64,000 nucleotides of DNA, from IMG/VR virus record IMGVR_UViG_3300017933_000003, positions 15,653 to 79,652 of that record. The stretch is one strand, 5' to 3'. Each line of letters starts with the position of its first letter. The first letter of the stretch is position 1. A model generated the notes under the pieces. That model saw only the letters and a list, made by a program, of their open reading frames with translations. It had not been told where the DNA came from and did not search any database. Positions 15,002 to 23,701 of the stretch are shown in pieces. The position numbers and the translations under genes were made by a program. Origin of the DNA: a virus (lineage: Duplodnaviria > Caudoviricetes).

Positions 15002-15394
15002 ATGGATAATAAGAAACCCGTAACAACTACCACGCTCACGCTGGGACAAAGGTTCGCAGATTGGGTGGCACAAATTGTTCGTTCTTGGTTTTTTGTTGTT
15101 TGTCAAATCATCTTCATTGCGGGGTGGATTTGGTGGGTGCACCATTTCCCATCTACCACTTTAGATAATCATTCTTATGATATATTGAGATTGATTCTCA
15201 CTATTGAATCCTCTTTCATTGGTTCCATTATCTTGATGAGTCAACATCGACAATCAGAAAGGGATCGACGTATCATTTATAATGACTATATTCTCGATCA
15301 TCGCATTTATAAAGAGGTGCGAGAAATTCGCCCGATGGTGGAAGATATCCACAAGAAAACAGGAGAATGTCTGAACCAACCTGGCAATAATTAA
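15002..15394 (+). CDS. DUF1003-like membrane protein
   Basis: TLGQRFADWVA...SWFFV...ILMSQHRQSERDR pattern. Confidence 0.8.
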   Translation: MDNKKPVTTTTLTLGQRFADWVAQIVRSWFFVVCQIIFIAGWIWWVHHFPSTTLDNHSYDILRLILTIESSFIGSIILMSQHRQSERDRRIIYNDYILDHRIYKEVREIRPMVEDIHKKTGECLNQPGNN

Positions 15395-15409
15395 GAATAA
15401 TGGGTATAT

Positions 15410-15483
15410 TCGGGTGTCGTCCAATGGTAGGACCGCAGACTTTGAATCTGTTTACGGGAGTTCGATCCTCTCCACCCGAACCA
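15410..15483 (+). tRNA. tRNA-Gln(TTG)
   Basis: cloverleaf, GCAGA-CTTTGAA-TCTGT, ACCA. Confidence 0.95.
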
Positions 15484-15487
15484 TTAT

Positions 15488-15561
15488 TGGGGACTAACAC
15501 AATGGTAGTGTGAACGACTCTGACTCGTTTTATGGGAGTTCGATCCTCTCGTCCCCAACCA
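15488..15561 (+). tRNA. tRNA-Gln(CTG)
   Basis: cloverleaf, AACGA-CTCTGAC-TCGTT, ACCA. Confidence 0.95.
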
Positions 15562-15572
15562 TATAAAAATTA

Positions 15573-15649
15573 TGCAGATGAGAGAAACGGTTTCCTCGCG
15601 AGGTTCATACCCTTGAGACATCAGGTTCGACTCCTGCTATCTGCTACCA
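15573..15649 (+). tRNA. tRNA-Met(CAT), initiator-like (1:72 mismatch)
   Basis: CGAGG-TTCATAC-CCTTG; TGCAGAT/ATCTGCT; ACCA. Confidence 0.85.
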
Positions 15650-15683
15650 CGAAGTTCAGTGAATTATTTGGCATCACTGAACC

Positions 15684-16004
15684 ATGTTTCAAGTTTGGTC
15701 TAAAGTCAAAGTCATAGCTTCCGATCTTGTTGGTGATTCTAACACCAAATATTATGGAAATGCGAAGCTTGCAATAATCAGTTATAGTACTGGAACATTT
15801 AGACGCGTCGGATCTTCTGGATTTTCTAGAAAGAGACTTACTTTAAGGATGAGAAAATCTGAGTTCAAATTCCATAATAGTCAAGAGGCTAGATTTGAAA
15901 TTTACACTCCTGATGAGGAATTTCTAATTACTAGGTGGGGCGCAGTTGTTCAAGCATATAGGAACACTGTGATAGTAGAGTTGGAGCCAGTTAATTTATA
16001 TTAA
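15684..16004 (+). CDS. hypothetical protein
   Basis: ORF track. Confidence 0.55.
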   Translation: MFQVWSKVKVIASDLVGDSNTKYYGNAKLAIISYSTGTFRRVGSSGFSRKRLTLRMRKSEFKFHNSQEARFEIYTPDEEFLITRWGAVVQAYRNTVIVELEPVNLY

Positions 16005-16724
16005 ACCAATAGACCGATAACTATAGTATCGAATAATGGACTTTGCTTTATTTTGCTTCCTGTTAAGAACTATTTTATATTTCCCACCATAAATTTGTTC
16101 GGCAAATTTTTTACAATGCTGCCCTCCTATAGACATTTGGTATAGTTGATTTTTGGCGGTGATTATATCTCCATTCATCATTTTATGATCTTGCATTTTT
16201 ACTTCGTAAATATGAGACATGATATCATATGTTTCTAATAATGTTTTTTGCATCGAATATATAAATGATTTACTGGCAGAATATAATTGTGCCCTTGGTT
16301 CTAAATATCCGTTTGATCTATGAGAGAGTGAGATAGAACCATCTCCATCCCAGCATCCTCGAATAAAGTCAGACAAATAAATATTAGGTAATTGTGGAAA
16401 TTGAACAGTTAATGTTTTATTAGGAGTACAATTGTTAGCAACTAACCATTCTCCTATTTTAGTGTTATGTAATCTAAGTCGTAAACATTTGCTATTTGTA
16501 GCAGGAACTAAAGGTAAATTTTTCCCACATAATTTAGATAGTTTTTTAATCCAATTATGATCTGCAGATTTTAGTTCACAGCTATAATAGATTTTATCAA
16601 TAGAGTGTGATTTTTGATATGAGACATTTCCGTCAGTAATAAAAACACCTAGCAAATAATATGAAATGTCATTTTCGTTTGTAAATGATTTTATGTTATA
16701 AATAAATTTATTATTATTTGTCAT
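15996..16724 (-). CDS. LAGLIDADG homing endonuclease
   Basis: YLLGVFITDGN, FIRGCWDGDGS. Confidence 0.9.
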   Translation of the reverse strand: MTNNNKFIYNIKSFTNENDISYYLLGVFITDGNVSYQKSHSIDKIYYSCELKSADHNWIKKLSKLCGKNLPLVPATNSKCLRLRLHNTKIGEWLVANNCTPNKTLTVQFPQLPNIYLSDFIRGCWDGDGSISLSHRSNGYLEPRAQLYSASKSFIYSMQKTLLETYDIMSHIYEVKMQDHKMMNGDIITAKNQLYQMSIGGQHCKKFAEQIYGGKYKIVLNRKQNKAKSIIRYYSYRSIGLI

Positions 16725-16768
16725 ATTCCGTTCTCCTGGACCATATACTAATATATCGTCATATTAGC

Positions 16769-17311
16769 ATGACAGGAGAAAATAAATTCAAAGTGTATGG
16801 ACCGTACCGTCGTCAGTCTGATGGTCGTTCTATTGTTGTCGTAGTTGATGATAATGGTGATACGCAAACTATTTCCTACCCAAAATGGTTGTTGGAAATG
16901 CAATTGGGACGTAAATTAGATCCCAATACCGAGACCGTGGATCACTGGGACTCTAATAAAGAGAACAATGATTTATCTAATCTTCGTATTGTTCCTCGTG
17001 AAGAGCATTCTGCTAATGATACGCGTCGAGTCAAACCTGTCAAATTTAATTGTGCTTGGTGTAAAAAGGAATTTGAAAGGTCTCCTCGTTTAGTGAGAGA
17101 TAAGGCTCGCAAAAATAAAGCGGGCCCCTTCTGTTCTAGGAAGTGTGCGGGTCAATATAGCCGCAAGTTACAACTCAAACTGATCGATAAGTTTGATACA
17201 CAACCAGTTGTAGATAGTGAATATTACAAGAAGAAATATGTTAAAGCTTACGCTCCGCTGATTAGTAGTGATGATTTGATTGATTATTTGTGCGACGTGT
17301 GGGACGAGTAA
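16769..17311 (+). CDS. HNH homing endonuclease
   Basis: TVDHWDSNKENNDLSNL; CAWC and FCSRKC. Confidence 0.85.
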   Translation: MTGENKFKVYGPYRRQSDGRSIVVVVDDNGDTQTISYPKWLLEMQLGRKLDPNTETVDHWDSNKENNDLSNLRIVPREEHSANDTRRVKPVKFNCAWCKKEFERSPRLVRDKARKNKAGPFCSRKCAGQYSRKLQLKLIDKFDTQPVVDSEYYKKKYVKAYAPLISSDDLIDYLCDVWDE

Positions 17312-17330
17312 TTTTACAAAATCGTCGCCC

Positions 17331-17358
17331 TTGACTCCGTCCCCGGAATGATTATATT
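17331..17358 (+). promoter_or_regulatory. sigma70-like promoter
   Basis: TTGACT-16 nt-TATATT upstream of 17403. Confidence 0.5.
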
Positions 17359-17402
17359 TTCGATGTATTTAATTGATTCTCATTTTTCAAAAGGAATAAA
17401 CC

Positions 17403-17915
17403 ATGTCTGATAAGGTAACTATTGCGCAAGCTTTACGCCGAATTAAGAAACTCAAGGGGCAAATTGCGGAACATAGCACCCGTGCTCAACAAGGTGTCAG
17501 TTATGTTCAGGGTAAGACTCCTGCTTTCCGTTTTGCGGAAGCTGTTAATGCTTTGCGTACAGCTCGCCAAGAGATGCTAGATTTGGAAGCTAGGGTTGCC
17601 TTAGCTAATGCTAAGAAGACGGTGACTAATGCCCTGGGCAATAAGATTACGCTAGCTCAAGCTATTCGTCAGCTTCAAGAGTGGAAAGGAGAAATTGCCT
17701 TTCTTCGTAGTTTGAATCTGCGTTCAGAAATAGTTCGTGAGCGCGAGCAGAATTGGGATGAAGAGCAGATGAAGCACATCACTCGTGTTATGGAAGTGGC
17801 TTATGTGTCTGACCTTACTGAACAGGAGCGTGATGTCCAGATCAAATCTTTTCAAGATGCATTTGAAGATTTGAATAACCTCGTTGAGGAAGCTAACCAC
17901 ACGGTGTTGGTCTAA
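17403..17915 (+). CDS. coiled-coil protein (DIP1984/DUF6847-like)
   Basis: internally repeated TIAQALRRIKKL / TLAQAIRQLQEW and DLNNLVEEANHT end; AAAGGA SD. Confidence 0.65.
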   Translation: MSDKVTIAQALRRIKKLKGQIAEHSTRAQQGVSYVQGKTPAFRFAEAVNALRTARQEMLDLEARVALANAKKTVTNALGNKITLAQAIRQLQEWKGEIAFLRSLNLRSEIVREREQNWDEEQMKHITRVMEVAYVSDLTEQERDVQIKSFQDAFEDLNNLVEEANHTVLV

Positions 17916-17942
17916 AGATTCGCCCACAAGGGGCAAAGGACT

Positions 17943-18250
17943 AGGGTACGGAACGTAGCACCTAGGTAACTGGGATCCCTCCTCCAAAGGAAATGTCCTC
18001 GGACATTTAATTGGAACCGTTGTTATCTTCGGATACCAACAATAAACAAAGGCGCCCTGAAGGCATTACTTCGCTATCGATGCCGATAAAACCATCCAGC
18101 AATAATAAGCTGGTTAGCTGTTAGCAATTATAGCATCTGTAGCACTCAGCCCTGATAGGCAACCCCGAAAGGGTTGCGATGGGTAAGCAATGAGTTCTAA
18201 GCAGGAAGCATTTGTTCACCAGCTTACTAACGTACGAAACTTCGTACCCT
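17943..18250 (+). ncRNA. ~310-nt structured RNA with periodic AGC units
   Basis: 10-bp closing helix AGGGTACGGA/TTCGTACCCT, UUCG and GAAA hairpins, 11 AGC trinucleotides in 18098-18223. Confidence 0.7.
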
Positions 18251-18269
18251 ATTATTTTTATACTTGAAT

Positions 18270-18309
18270 GAAGTTAGCTGGGCAATCGCTGGATAACTAG
18301 AGGAAAGTT
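18270..18309 (+). pseudogene. truncated 5' fragment of an RNase P RNA
   Basis: GAAGTTAGCTGGGCAATCGCT...GAGGAAAGT directly upstream of the full copy. Confidence 0.6.
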
Positions 18310-18325
18310 CATTGAATAATAAAAT

Positions 18326-18687
18326 GTAGAGTAGCTCGGGTAATCGCTACATAATATGTAGAGGAAAGTACGGGCTTTATAGGACAAGATGCTGGTTAAC
18401 GACCAGATACAGTAATGTAATGGAAAGTGCAACAGAAAATACAACGCCAACTGATAAGACCTAGTCTTATAAAGGGCAAGTGTGAAAAGGCGAGGTAATA
18501 GCTCACCGCATTTACAGTGATGTAAATGGCAAGTGCAAACCCCATCTAAAGCAAGGCAAACAGTAAACGCTTGAGGGCTGTCCGTCCAATGTTTACGGGT
18601 TGCTGCTTGAGTCAATAAGTAATTATTGACCTAGATTAATGATTGCCTGATTTTATACACAGAACCCGTCTTATAGGGCTGCTCTAC
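18326..18687 (+). ncRNA. rnpB: RNase P RNA
   Basis: GAGGAAAGTACGGGC, GGAAAGTGCAACAGAAA, AAACCCC..AGCAAG, ACAGAACCCGTCTTA; P1 GTAGAGTAGCTC/GGGCTGCTCTAC. Confidence 0.93.
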
Positions 18688-19102
18688 TTTTTCTATAATT
18701 AATAATGGCTGTTACTGCAATTTTAGTTTCCTCAACTGTAAGAAAATTATTTCTTATTGAATTGCATTGTTTACAACAAGGTAAAACGTTATCAACAGTA
18801 TATCCTTTAGTATTATCTATTCTGTCTAATCCAGATCCATATTTAGATTTTGCAGCAAAGAAGTCTTCACAATAATAACAAGGTTTAGAAATCAATTTTG
18901 CATATTCATCAATAGTAATTGCCCACTCTTTATGAATTTTAATGCCTCTTTGTTTAGATTTTGCAAAACGAGATCCAATTTTTTGTTGTTGTTTAGATGC
19001 AGCCTCTTTGACTTGTGGTGTTTGTTGGTAACATTTTTTACATATTGGACCAGTATACCACTGATAGCTTTCGTGTGTTCCGCATTTAATGCACGCTTTC
19101 AT
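18671..19102 (-). CDS. HNH homing endonuclease
   Basis: PCYYC...GLDRIDNTKGYTVDNVLPCCKQCN. Confidence 0.85.
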   Translation of the reverse strand: MKACIKCGTHESYQWYTGPICKKCYQQTPQVKEAASKQQQKIGSRFAKSKQRGIKIHKEWAITIDEYAKLISKPCYYCEDFFAAKSKYGSGLDRIDNTKGYTVDNVLPCCKQCNSIRNNFLTVEETKIAVTAIINYRKSRAAL

Positions 19103-19165
19103 ATATTGAAATATATCAGCAATATCATCATTTTAAATGAAAAAAGAATCGTTATTAGGTGTCAC

Positions 19166-19663
19166 ATGAAAAATAAAAATCCCATCACTAAAGGACCCAT
19201 CACCAAGGGACTTGTAGTCGATTGGCAAGAAGCTCGCGAGAAAGCCGATCAACTTGAAGATAAAATAACTGATCGACTTGATTACGTTATTCAAACTATT
19301 TTTGACGCCTTTGGCGTTATATTATACACCTGGTATTTTGGTGATGCAGCACAAGGAGAATTAGGTTCTCTCACTTGGGATGAACCAGAAATATTTATGG
19401 TTTGGGACGCTTCATCTCATGAAGAATTTATCATCCTCGACAGAGATGGGAACGAATTGATAATGGAAGGATCGGTACCTACCCGTTGGCTCTTCCAATC
19501 TTTCGAAGAAGAGCTAAGAGACGGCAAAAGAAAATATGAGGAGCAGGAGTCAGCTCGATTGGCGAAAGTTCTTTCTGTTAAGGAAGCTACTAAAAAGTTA
19601 GCTGCCAGTGCCAAAAAGAAGTTGACCAAAGAAGAGCTAGCAGCCATCAAGAAAACTTTATGA
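19166..19663 (+). CDS. hypothetical protein
   Basis: ORF, start at MKNKNP. Confidence 0.7.
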   Translation: MKNKNPITKGPITKGLVVDWQEAREKADQLEDKITDRLDYVIQTIFDAFGVILYTWYFGDAAQGELGSLTWDEPEIFMVWDASSHEEFIILDRDGNELIMEGSVPTRWLFQSFEEELRDGKRKYEEQESARLAKVLSVKEATKKLAASAKKKLTKEELAAIKKTL

Positions 19664-20298
19664 AAATCAAACTAGCTTACCCTAAAATACCTGATACCTT
19701 GCATTGTCCACTTAAAAACTGTATAGCATTTGAGAAGATAGATGGAACGTGTTTGCATTTTGTCTGGTCTCCTGAACATGGTTTCCACAGTTTTGGAACT
19801 CGAAGGGATCGATTCACTTATATTGATGCTAGCTTTGCTCAGTTTCATCAGGATCATCCCGGGCTGAACGGGTTGGAACCAGCCTTCCAGAAAATCGAGC
19901 AGCCACTGTCAGATTTTCTGATCAAAAATTACTATAGCACCAAAGAAGTTATCATCTTCACCGAATTCCACGGACCTCACTCTTTTGCTGGCACCCACAA
20001 CCTTAAAGAGGAAAAGAAGCTGACCCTCTTCGATGTGCAGGTAGATGGGGCGATGCTGGCGCCAGATGAATTTATAAAACTGTTTGAGCCCTTTGGCGTC
20101 CCCAAGGTGGTCTTTCGGGGAAAGTTCACTGGGCAGCTCTTTATGGATGTGCGCAGCGGCAAGTATCCCGTTGCTGAAGGTGTGGTGGTTAAAGGCATGG
20201 TAGATGGTCAAGTCTATATGGCTAAGATAAAGACGAACGCTTATTTGGCAAAATTGAAGAATCAATTTAAGGATAATTGGCGAGAATATTGGGAATAA
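19660..20298 (+). CDS. ATP-dependent RNA ligase-like nucleotidyltransferase
   Basis: motifs I FEKIDGT, III FTEFHG, IIIa LFDV, IV EGVVVK, V KIK. Confidence 0.8.
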   Translation: MKIKLAYPKIPDTLHCPLKNCIAFEKIDGTCLHFVWSPEHGFHSFGTRRDRFTYIDASFAQFHQDHPGLNGLEPAFQKIEQPLSDFLIKNYYSTKEVIIFTEFHGPHSFAGTHNLKEEKKLTLFDVQVDGAMLAPDEFIKLFEPFGVPKVVFRGKFTGQLFMDVRSGKYPVAEGVVVKGMVDGQVYMAKIKTNAYLAKLKNQFKDNWREYWE

Positions 20299-20300
20299 TC

Positions 20301-20576
20301 ATGGCGATGGATGAAACACATGCTTTGGCGGCAGCTATCATAACTGGTAGTAAAATTCAGCTAAAACTGCAAGATAAAACTTTAGTAGCCGAAGTTATTT
20401 CTGCTACCATCCATTGCAACCATAGCACCGGCTCTTTTGACGGTTCCGTCAATTTCTTAATAGAAGGTGAACGGTATGCCAAGATTGAAGCTTTCTACAA
20501 TATGTGGGTGCAAGGTTGGGAGCCTGTAAAGCCAAATGAGTATTTAGCTTATTTAGGTGGTTGTAATGCAACATAA
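20301..20576 (+). CDS. hypothetical protein
   Basis: ORF track. Confidence 0.65.
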   Translation: MAMDETHALAAAIITGSKIQLKLQDKTLVAEVISATIHCNHSTGSFDGSVNFLIEGERYAKIEAFYNMWVQGWEPVKPNEYLAYLGGCNAT

Positions 20577-20734
20577 TCTTCGTGGATAACGTAGATCAAC
20601 AGCGACAGTCCCCAACGGTTGTCGTCAGCGATGAAGCTATCTTTTTTGCTGTTTCTGATGGTAGAGCAACGCCAAGATGTAAGCATCTTGGTCGATGACC
20701 TTGGGGCTCCACAATTATTTTTAATTGATTCGCG

Positions 20735-20762
20735 TTGACACTCTCCAAGCTGTGTATATAAT
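20735..20762 (+). promoter_or_regulatory. sigma70-like promoter
   Basis: TTGACA-16 nt-TATAAT. Confidence 0.7.
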
Positions 20763-20806
20763 TACTAATATACATGAGGCACATCCTCTAATTTTGGAGA
20801 ATTACT

Positions 20807-21130
20807 ATGAACGCAGATATTGAAACTATGGTTACCAGTGCTAAGGCAGCTTTTGAAGCAGCCCAACGCATCATTGATGGGATGAAGGATCGCGAACGCA
20901 TTCAACTTAAAGATTTAGCAAAAGATGTAGGTTTAGCTTTAGCATTAGATCCAAAAGAAGTGTTTGGGTTTGTTTATCATTTTGCCCACAATAATGGCAG
21001 CGCCTATGTTACTCGTGGCAAGAATGGTGGCGTCATTAAAGGCGTTAAACCAGTTAAAGTTGTAAAGGTCAAGAAAGTTAAGGCAGCTCCTGTTATCGTA
21101 TCTACCGATGACACTGACACTCAGTCATGA
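20807..21130 (+). CDS. putative winged-helix DNA-binding protein with Lys-rich tail
   Basis: VTRGKNGGV wing-like motif, KVVKVKKVK tail; GGAG SD. Confidence 0.5.
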   Translation: MNADIETMVTSAKAAFEAAQRIIDGMKDRERIQLKDLAKDVGLALALDPKEVFGFVYHFAHNNGSAYVTRGKNGGVIKGVKPVKVVKVKKVKAAPVIVSTDDTDTQS

Positions 21131-21453
21131 GTAAAGACCGAGAGCTTCTGGCTCAATTACTTAAATCATGGGCACAGAATCATACTACTGGATATATTGT
21201 GGCGGATACTGCCCTGGGTGACCGAGGCGTTAGTAATACGGGAGCATTTTTTACTTGGTTAGTTCGAGAGACGGACTGCCACATTGAACTAGTTGACTTG
21301 CTCAACCGACTAGAAGAGTACGTGGAGAGTATCCGCCGTCGTAAAGGAATGGACGGAATGTTCTGCTGCAAATGCGGTCAATTCTATGATTTTGCGGAAG
21401 CCAACCAAGAGGATGGCTCCATGATTTGCTATTCTTGTAGACATAGGACTTAA
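21127..21453 (+). CDS. hypothetical zinc-finger protein
   Basis: CCKCG...CYSC. Confidence 0.65.
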   Translation: MSKDRELLAQLLKSWAQNHTTGYIVADTALGDRGVSNTGAFFTWLVRETDCHIELVDLLNRLEEYVESIRRRKGMDGMFCCKCGQFYDFAEANQEDGSMICYSCRHRT

Positions 21454-21454
21454 A

Positions 21455-21913
21455 ATGAGTAAAGAGCAAGAAAAATTAGAGGCTATCAATTATGAATTGG
21501 GTGCTATGATTCAGTGGTTGGAAGATCGTATTTCTTATATTGAAGAGAGCGTGGGAATTCCTTTTGGTCTGGAATATTATCAAGAGATGCTGTCCAAATT
21601 AGTTTTAGTGAGGCGCGGCAACTATCCAAACCTCGAAAATATATTTCGTTTTCATGACGCCAAAGTATCCAAATTGTTAGACCGTATTGATCGGCTCGAA
21701 GAAGAGCCCATAAAAGAGAGTATGAAGTCTGATACTATTAAAGCCGCGATTCTTTTAATTCAAGAGGGACGCACCTTAGCTCTTCAAGGAGAATATGGTT
21801 CTCGAGATTTAGAATATACAGATGTTCGAGAGCGCTTTGATGCTGCTATTAATCTTCTGCAAAAACTGGTAAATGATTCTGATAATAACGCCAGTCCTAT
21901 TACTAAAGAATAA
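21455..21913 (+). CDS. hypothetical protein
   Basis: ORF track. Confidence 0.7.
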   Translation: MSKEQEKLEAINYELGAMIQWLEDRISYIEESVGIPFGLEYYQEMLSKLVLVRRGNYPNLENIFRFHDAKVSKLLDRIDRLEEEPIKESMKSDTIKAAILLIQEGRTLALQGEYGSRDLEYTDVRERFDAAINLLQKLVNDSDNNASPITKE

Positions 21914-21923
21914 TAGTATTGAG

Positions 21924-22463
21924 ATGGCAACAAAACTAGAAATTGAAAAGAAGTTCCTGGTTAAACTTCCACAATCTTGGTCAGATTTGGCGGAGATGTT
22001 TGATGACATTGTGGATGTTAAGCGTATCATTCAACAATATCTCACCCCAAAAAATGGCGAGCCGGCATCCAGGGTTAGGAAGACGGTGGAAGGTTTGGAA
22101 GGGCAAACCAAGACTGTATATCATTTCAATCAGAAAAAGCCCACGGGTGATACTGGCACCCACGAAGAGACAGAACGAGAAATTTCTGAAAAGGAATATC
22201 AAAAATATCTCAAAAACGCTAACCCCAGTAAATGCGCCGTGGAAAAGACTCGTTTCGTTTTCAATTGGCATGATCAAGTCTTCGAATTAGATTTGTTCAA
22301 AGGTCATCTCAAAGGATTGGCTATTCTGGAAATTGAGCTGGACGACAAGGATGATAAGGTAGAGCTGCCACCTTTCTTGAGGGTTATCAAGGAAGTAACC
22401 AAGGATAAGCGTTTTACTAATTTCGCGTTAGCCGATAAAAAGTTGCAACAGAGAAACAGCTAA
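21924..22463 (+). CDS. CYTH-domain triphosphate tunnel metalloenzyme
   Basis: LEIEKKFLV, EKTRFVF, FELDLF, LEIEL, FTNFALA. Confidence 0.9.
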   Translation: MATKLEIEKKFLVKLPQSWSDLAEMFDDIVDVKRIIQQYLTPKNGEPASRVRKTVEGLEGQTKTVYHFNQKKPTGDTGTHEETEREISEKEYQKYLKNANPSKCAVEKTRFVFNWHDQVFELDLFKGHLKGLAILEIELDDKDDKVELPPFLRVIKEVTKDKRFTNFALADKKLQQRNS

Positions 22464-22485
22464 TAACACGATATATAAAGACTAC

Positions 22486-22561
22486 GTCGCAGTACCAAAA
22501 TGGCTACTGGCTGTGGTTGCAACCCACATGTTTGTCCGTTCGATTCGGACCTGCGACTCCA
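22486..22561 (+). tRNA. tRNA-Cys(GCA)
   Basis: GTCGCAG/CTGCGAC + TCCA; TGTGG-TTGCAAC-CCACA. Confidence 0.9.
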
Positions 22562-22565
22562 TAAT

Positions 22566-22655
22566 GGAAGGTAAATTGCGTGGGACGCAACCGTGCCTGG
22601 AAAGTACGCGGCACCTATAAAAGGGTGTTCGGATCGAGACCGATGCCTTCCTCCA
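22566..22655 (+). tRNA. tRNA-Ser(GGA)
   Basis: GGAAGG/CCTTCC + TCCA; CTGGAAA loop; long variable arm. Confidence 0.8.
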
Positions 22656-23331
22656 ATATAATTTTTACTTGTTCCCATCGTTTATTTTTGAGAACTTTGT
22701 TCAAATATTTGTCATTTTGACAGTCTAGCTCGAATAGTTTGATACCTAGATCAGAACACTTATCTCGTTTTTCTTGATCGAGTTTTTGGATCTGCGCCAA
22801 CTTCGTCTGCCCATAAATAGGTTGATAATGTAGGACGCCGTTGATTTGAATAGCTAATTTGAGAGTGGGAAAATAAAAGTCCAGCTCTGACCCGATGATA
22901 CTTTTTGAATTGCATTCAAATGATAGGTTAGGGAAAACAATTTTGACCTGATCTTCAATATATTGCTCTATTTTCGAACGACGCGTACCATATTCTTTGT
23001 TTCGATTATTGAAGACAGCTGCACATGATTTACTACAAAAATGATTGCCGCTTTTGCTTTTATTCATTTGGCTAATGAGTTTCTCGAATAGAATTCCGCA
23101 ATTAGTGCAAGTCAATTTTTGAGATGTAGATTCATAATTGTAAAGGCACTTACGAGAGCAGAAAAACTTTTTATTTCGTCGCAGCCCTCGCAAAATTTCG
23201 CATTGTGCCTTATAATGTAGCTCACCGCACTGAGCGCATTTTATAAGATAGCACAGTCGTTTGCCGTTTGACATCTCCATTTCTTTGGTATCAAATACCT
23301 GTAAGTTTTGCATGATATAAGTTGAGTCCAT
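22615..23331 (-). CDS. zinc-finger plus DUF559/PD-(D/E)XK-like endonuclease
   Basis: FCSRKC/FCSKSC; RRSKIE...ELDFYFPTLKLAIQINGVLHY. Confidence 0.8.
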   Translation of the reverse strand: MDSTYIMQNLQVFDTKEMEMSNGKRLCYLIKCAQCGELHYKAQCEILRGLRRNKKFFCSRKCLYNYESTSQKLTCTNCGILFEKLISQMNKSKSGNHFCSKSCAAVFNNRNKEYGTRRSKIEQYIEDQVKIVFPNLSFECNSKSIIGSELDFYFPTLKLAIQINGVLHYQPIYGQTKLAQIQKLDQEKRDKCSDLGIKLFELDCQNDKYLNKVLKNKRWEQVKIILEEGIGLDPNTLL

Positions 23332-23402
23332 CCCAGATATATATCAGCGAATCACGATCTTTCCGCAAAGAAAAGATCGTCATATTTAGGTATAATATGT
23401 AT

Positions 23403-23495
23403 GGAAGGCAAATCCGCCAGGGCTGCGGAGCTAGTCTTGAAAACTAGTCGTCCCTTTAATCGGGGATGCGTTTCGATTACCGCTACCTTCCTCCA
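23403..23495 (+). tRNA. tRNA-Ser(TGA)
   Basis: CTAGT-CTTGAAA-ACTAG, long variable arm, TCCA. Confidence 0.85.
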
Positions 23496-23528
23496 AACGT
23501 ATCAATAACAGGATATAAGTAGTATTAT

Positions 23529-23615
23529 GGAAGATGAATCGGTCGGGGACCGAGCCTCTTTGCTAAAGAGTGCGTACCTTATGGGTATGGGAATCAAGAT
23601 CTCCGTCTTCCGTCA
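23529..23615 (+). tRNA. tRNA-Ser(GCT)
   Basis: GGAAGAT/GTCTTCC; CTCT-TTGCTAA-AGAG; long variable arm; no encoded CCA. Confidence 0.8.
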
Positions 23616-23620
23616 GATAC

Positions 23621-23694
23621 AGGGGTATCGTCTAATGGTAAGACTGCCGCCTCCAAAACGGCTAATGTGGGTTCGATTCCTACTACCCCTGCCA
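23621..23694 (+). tRNA. tRNA-Trp(CCA)
   Basis: AGGGGTA/TACCCCT + GCCA; CTCCAAA loop. Confidence 0.95.
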
Positions 23695-23701
23695 GATTAA
23701 G

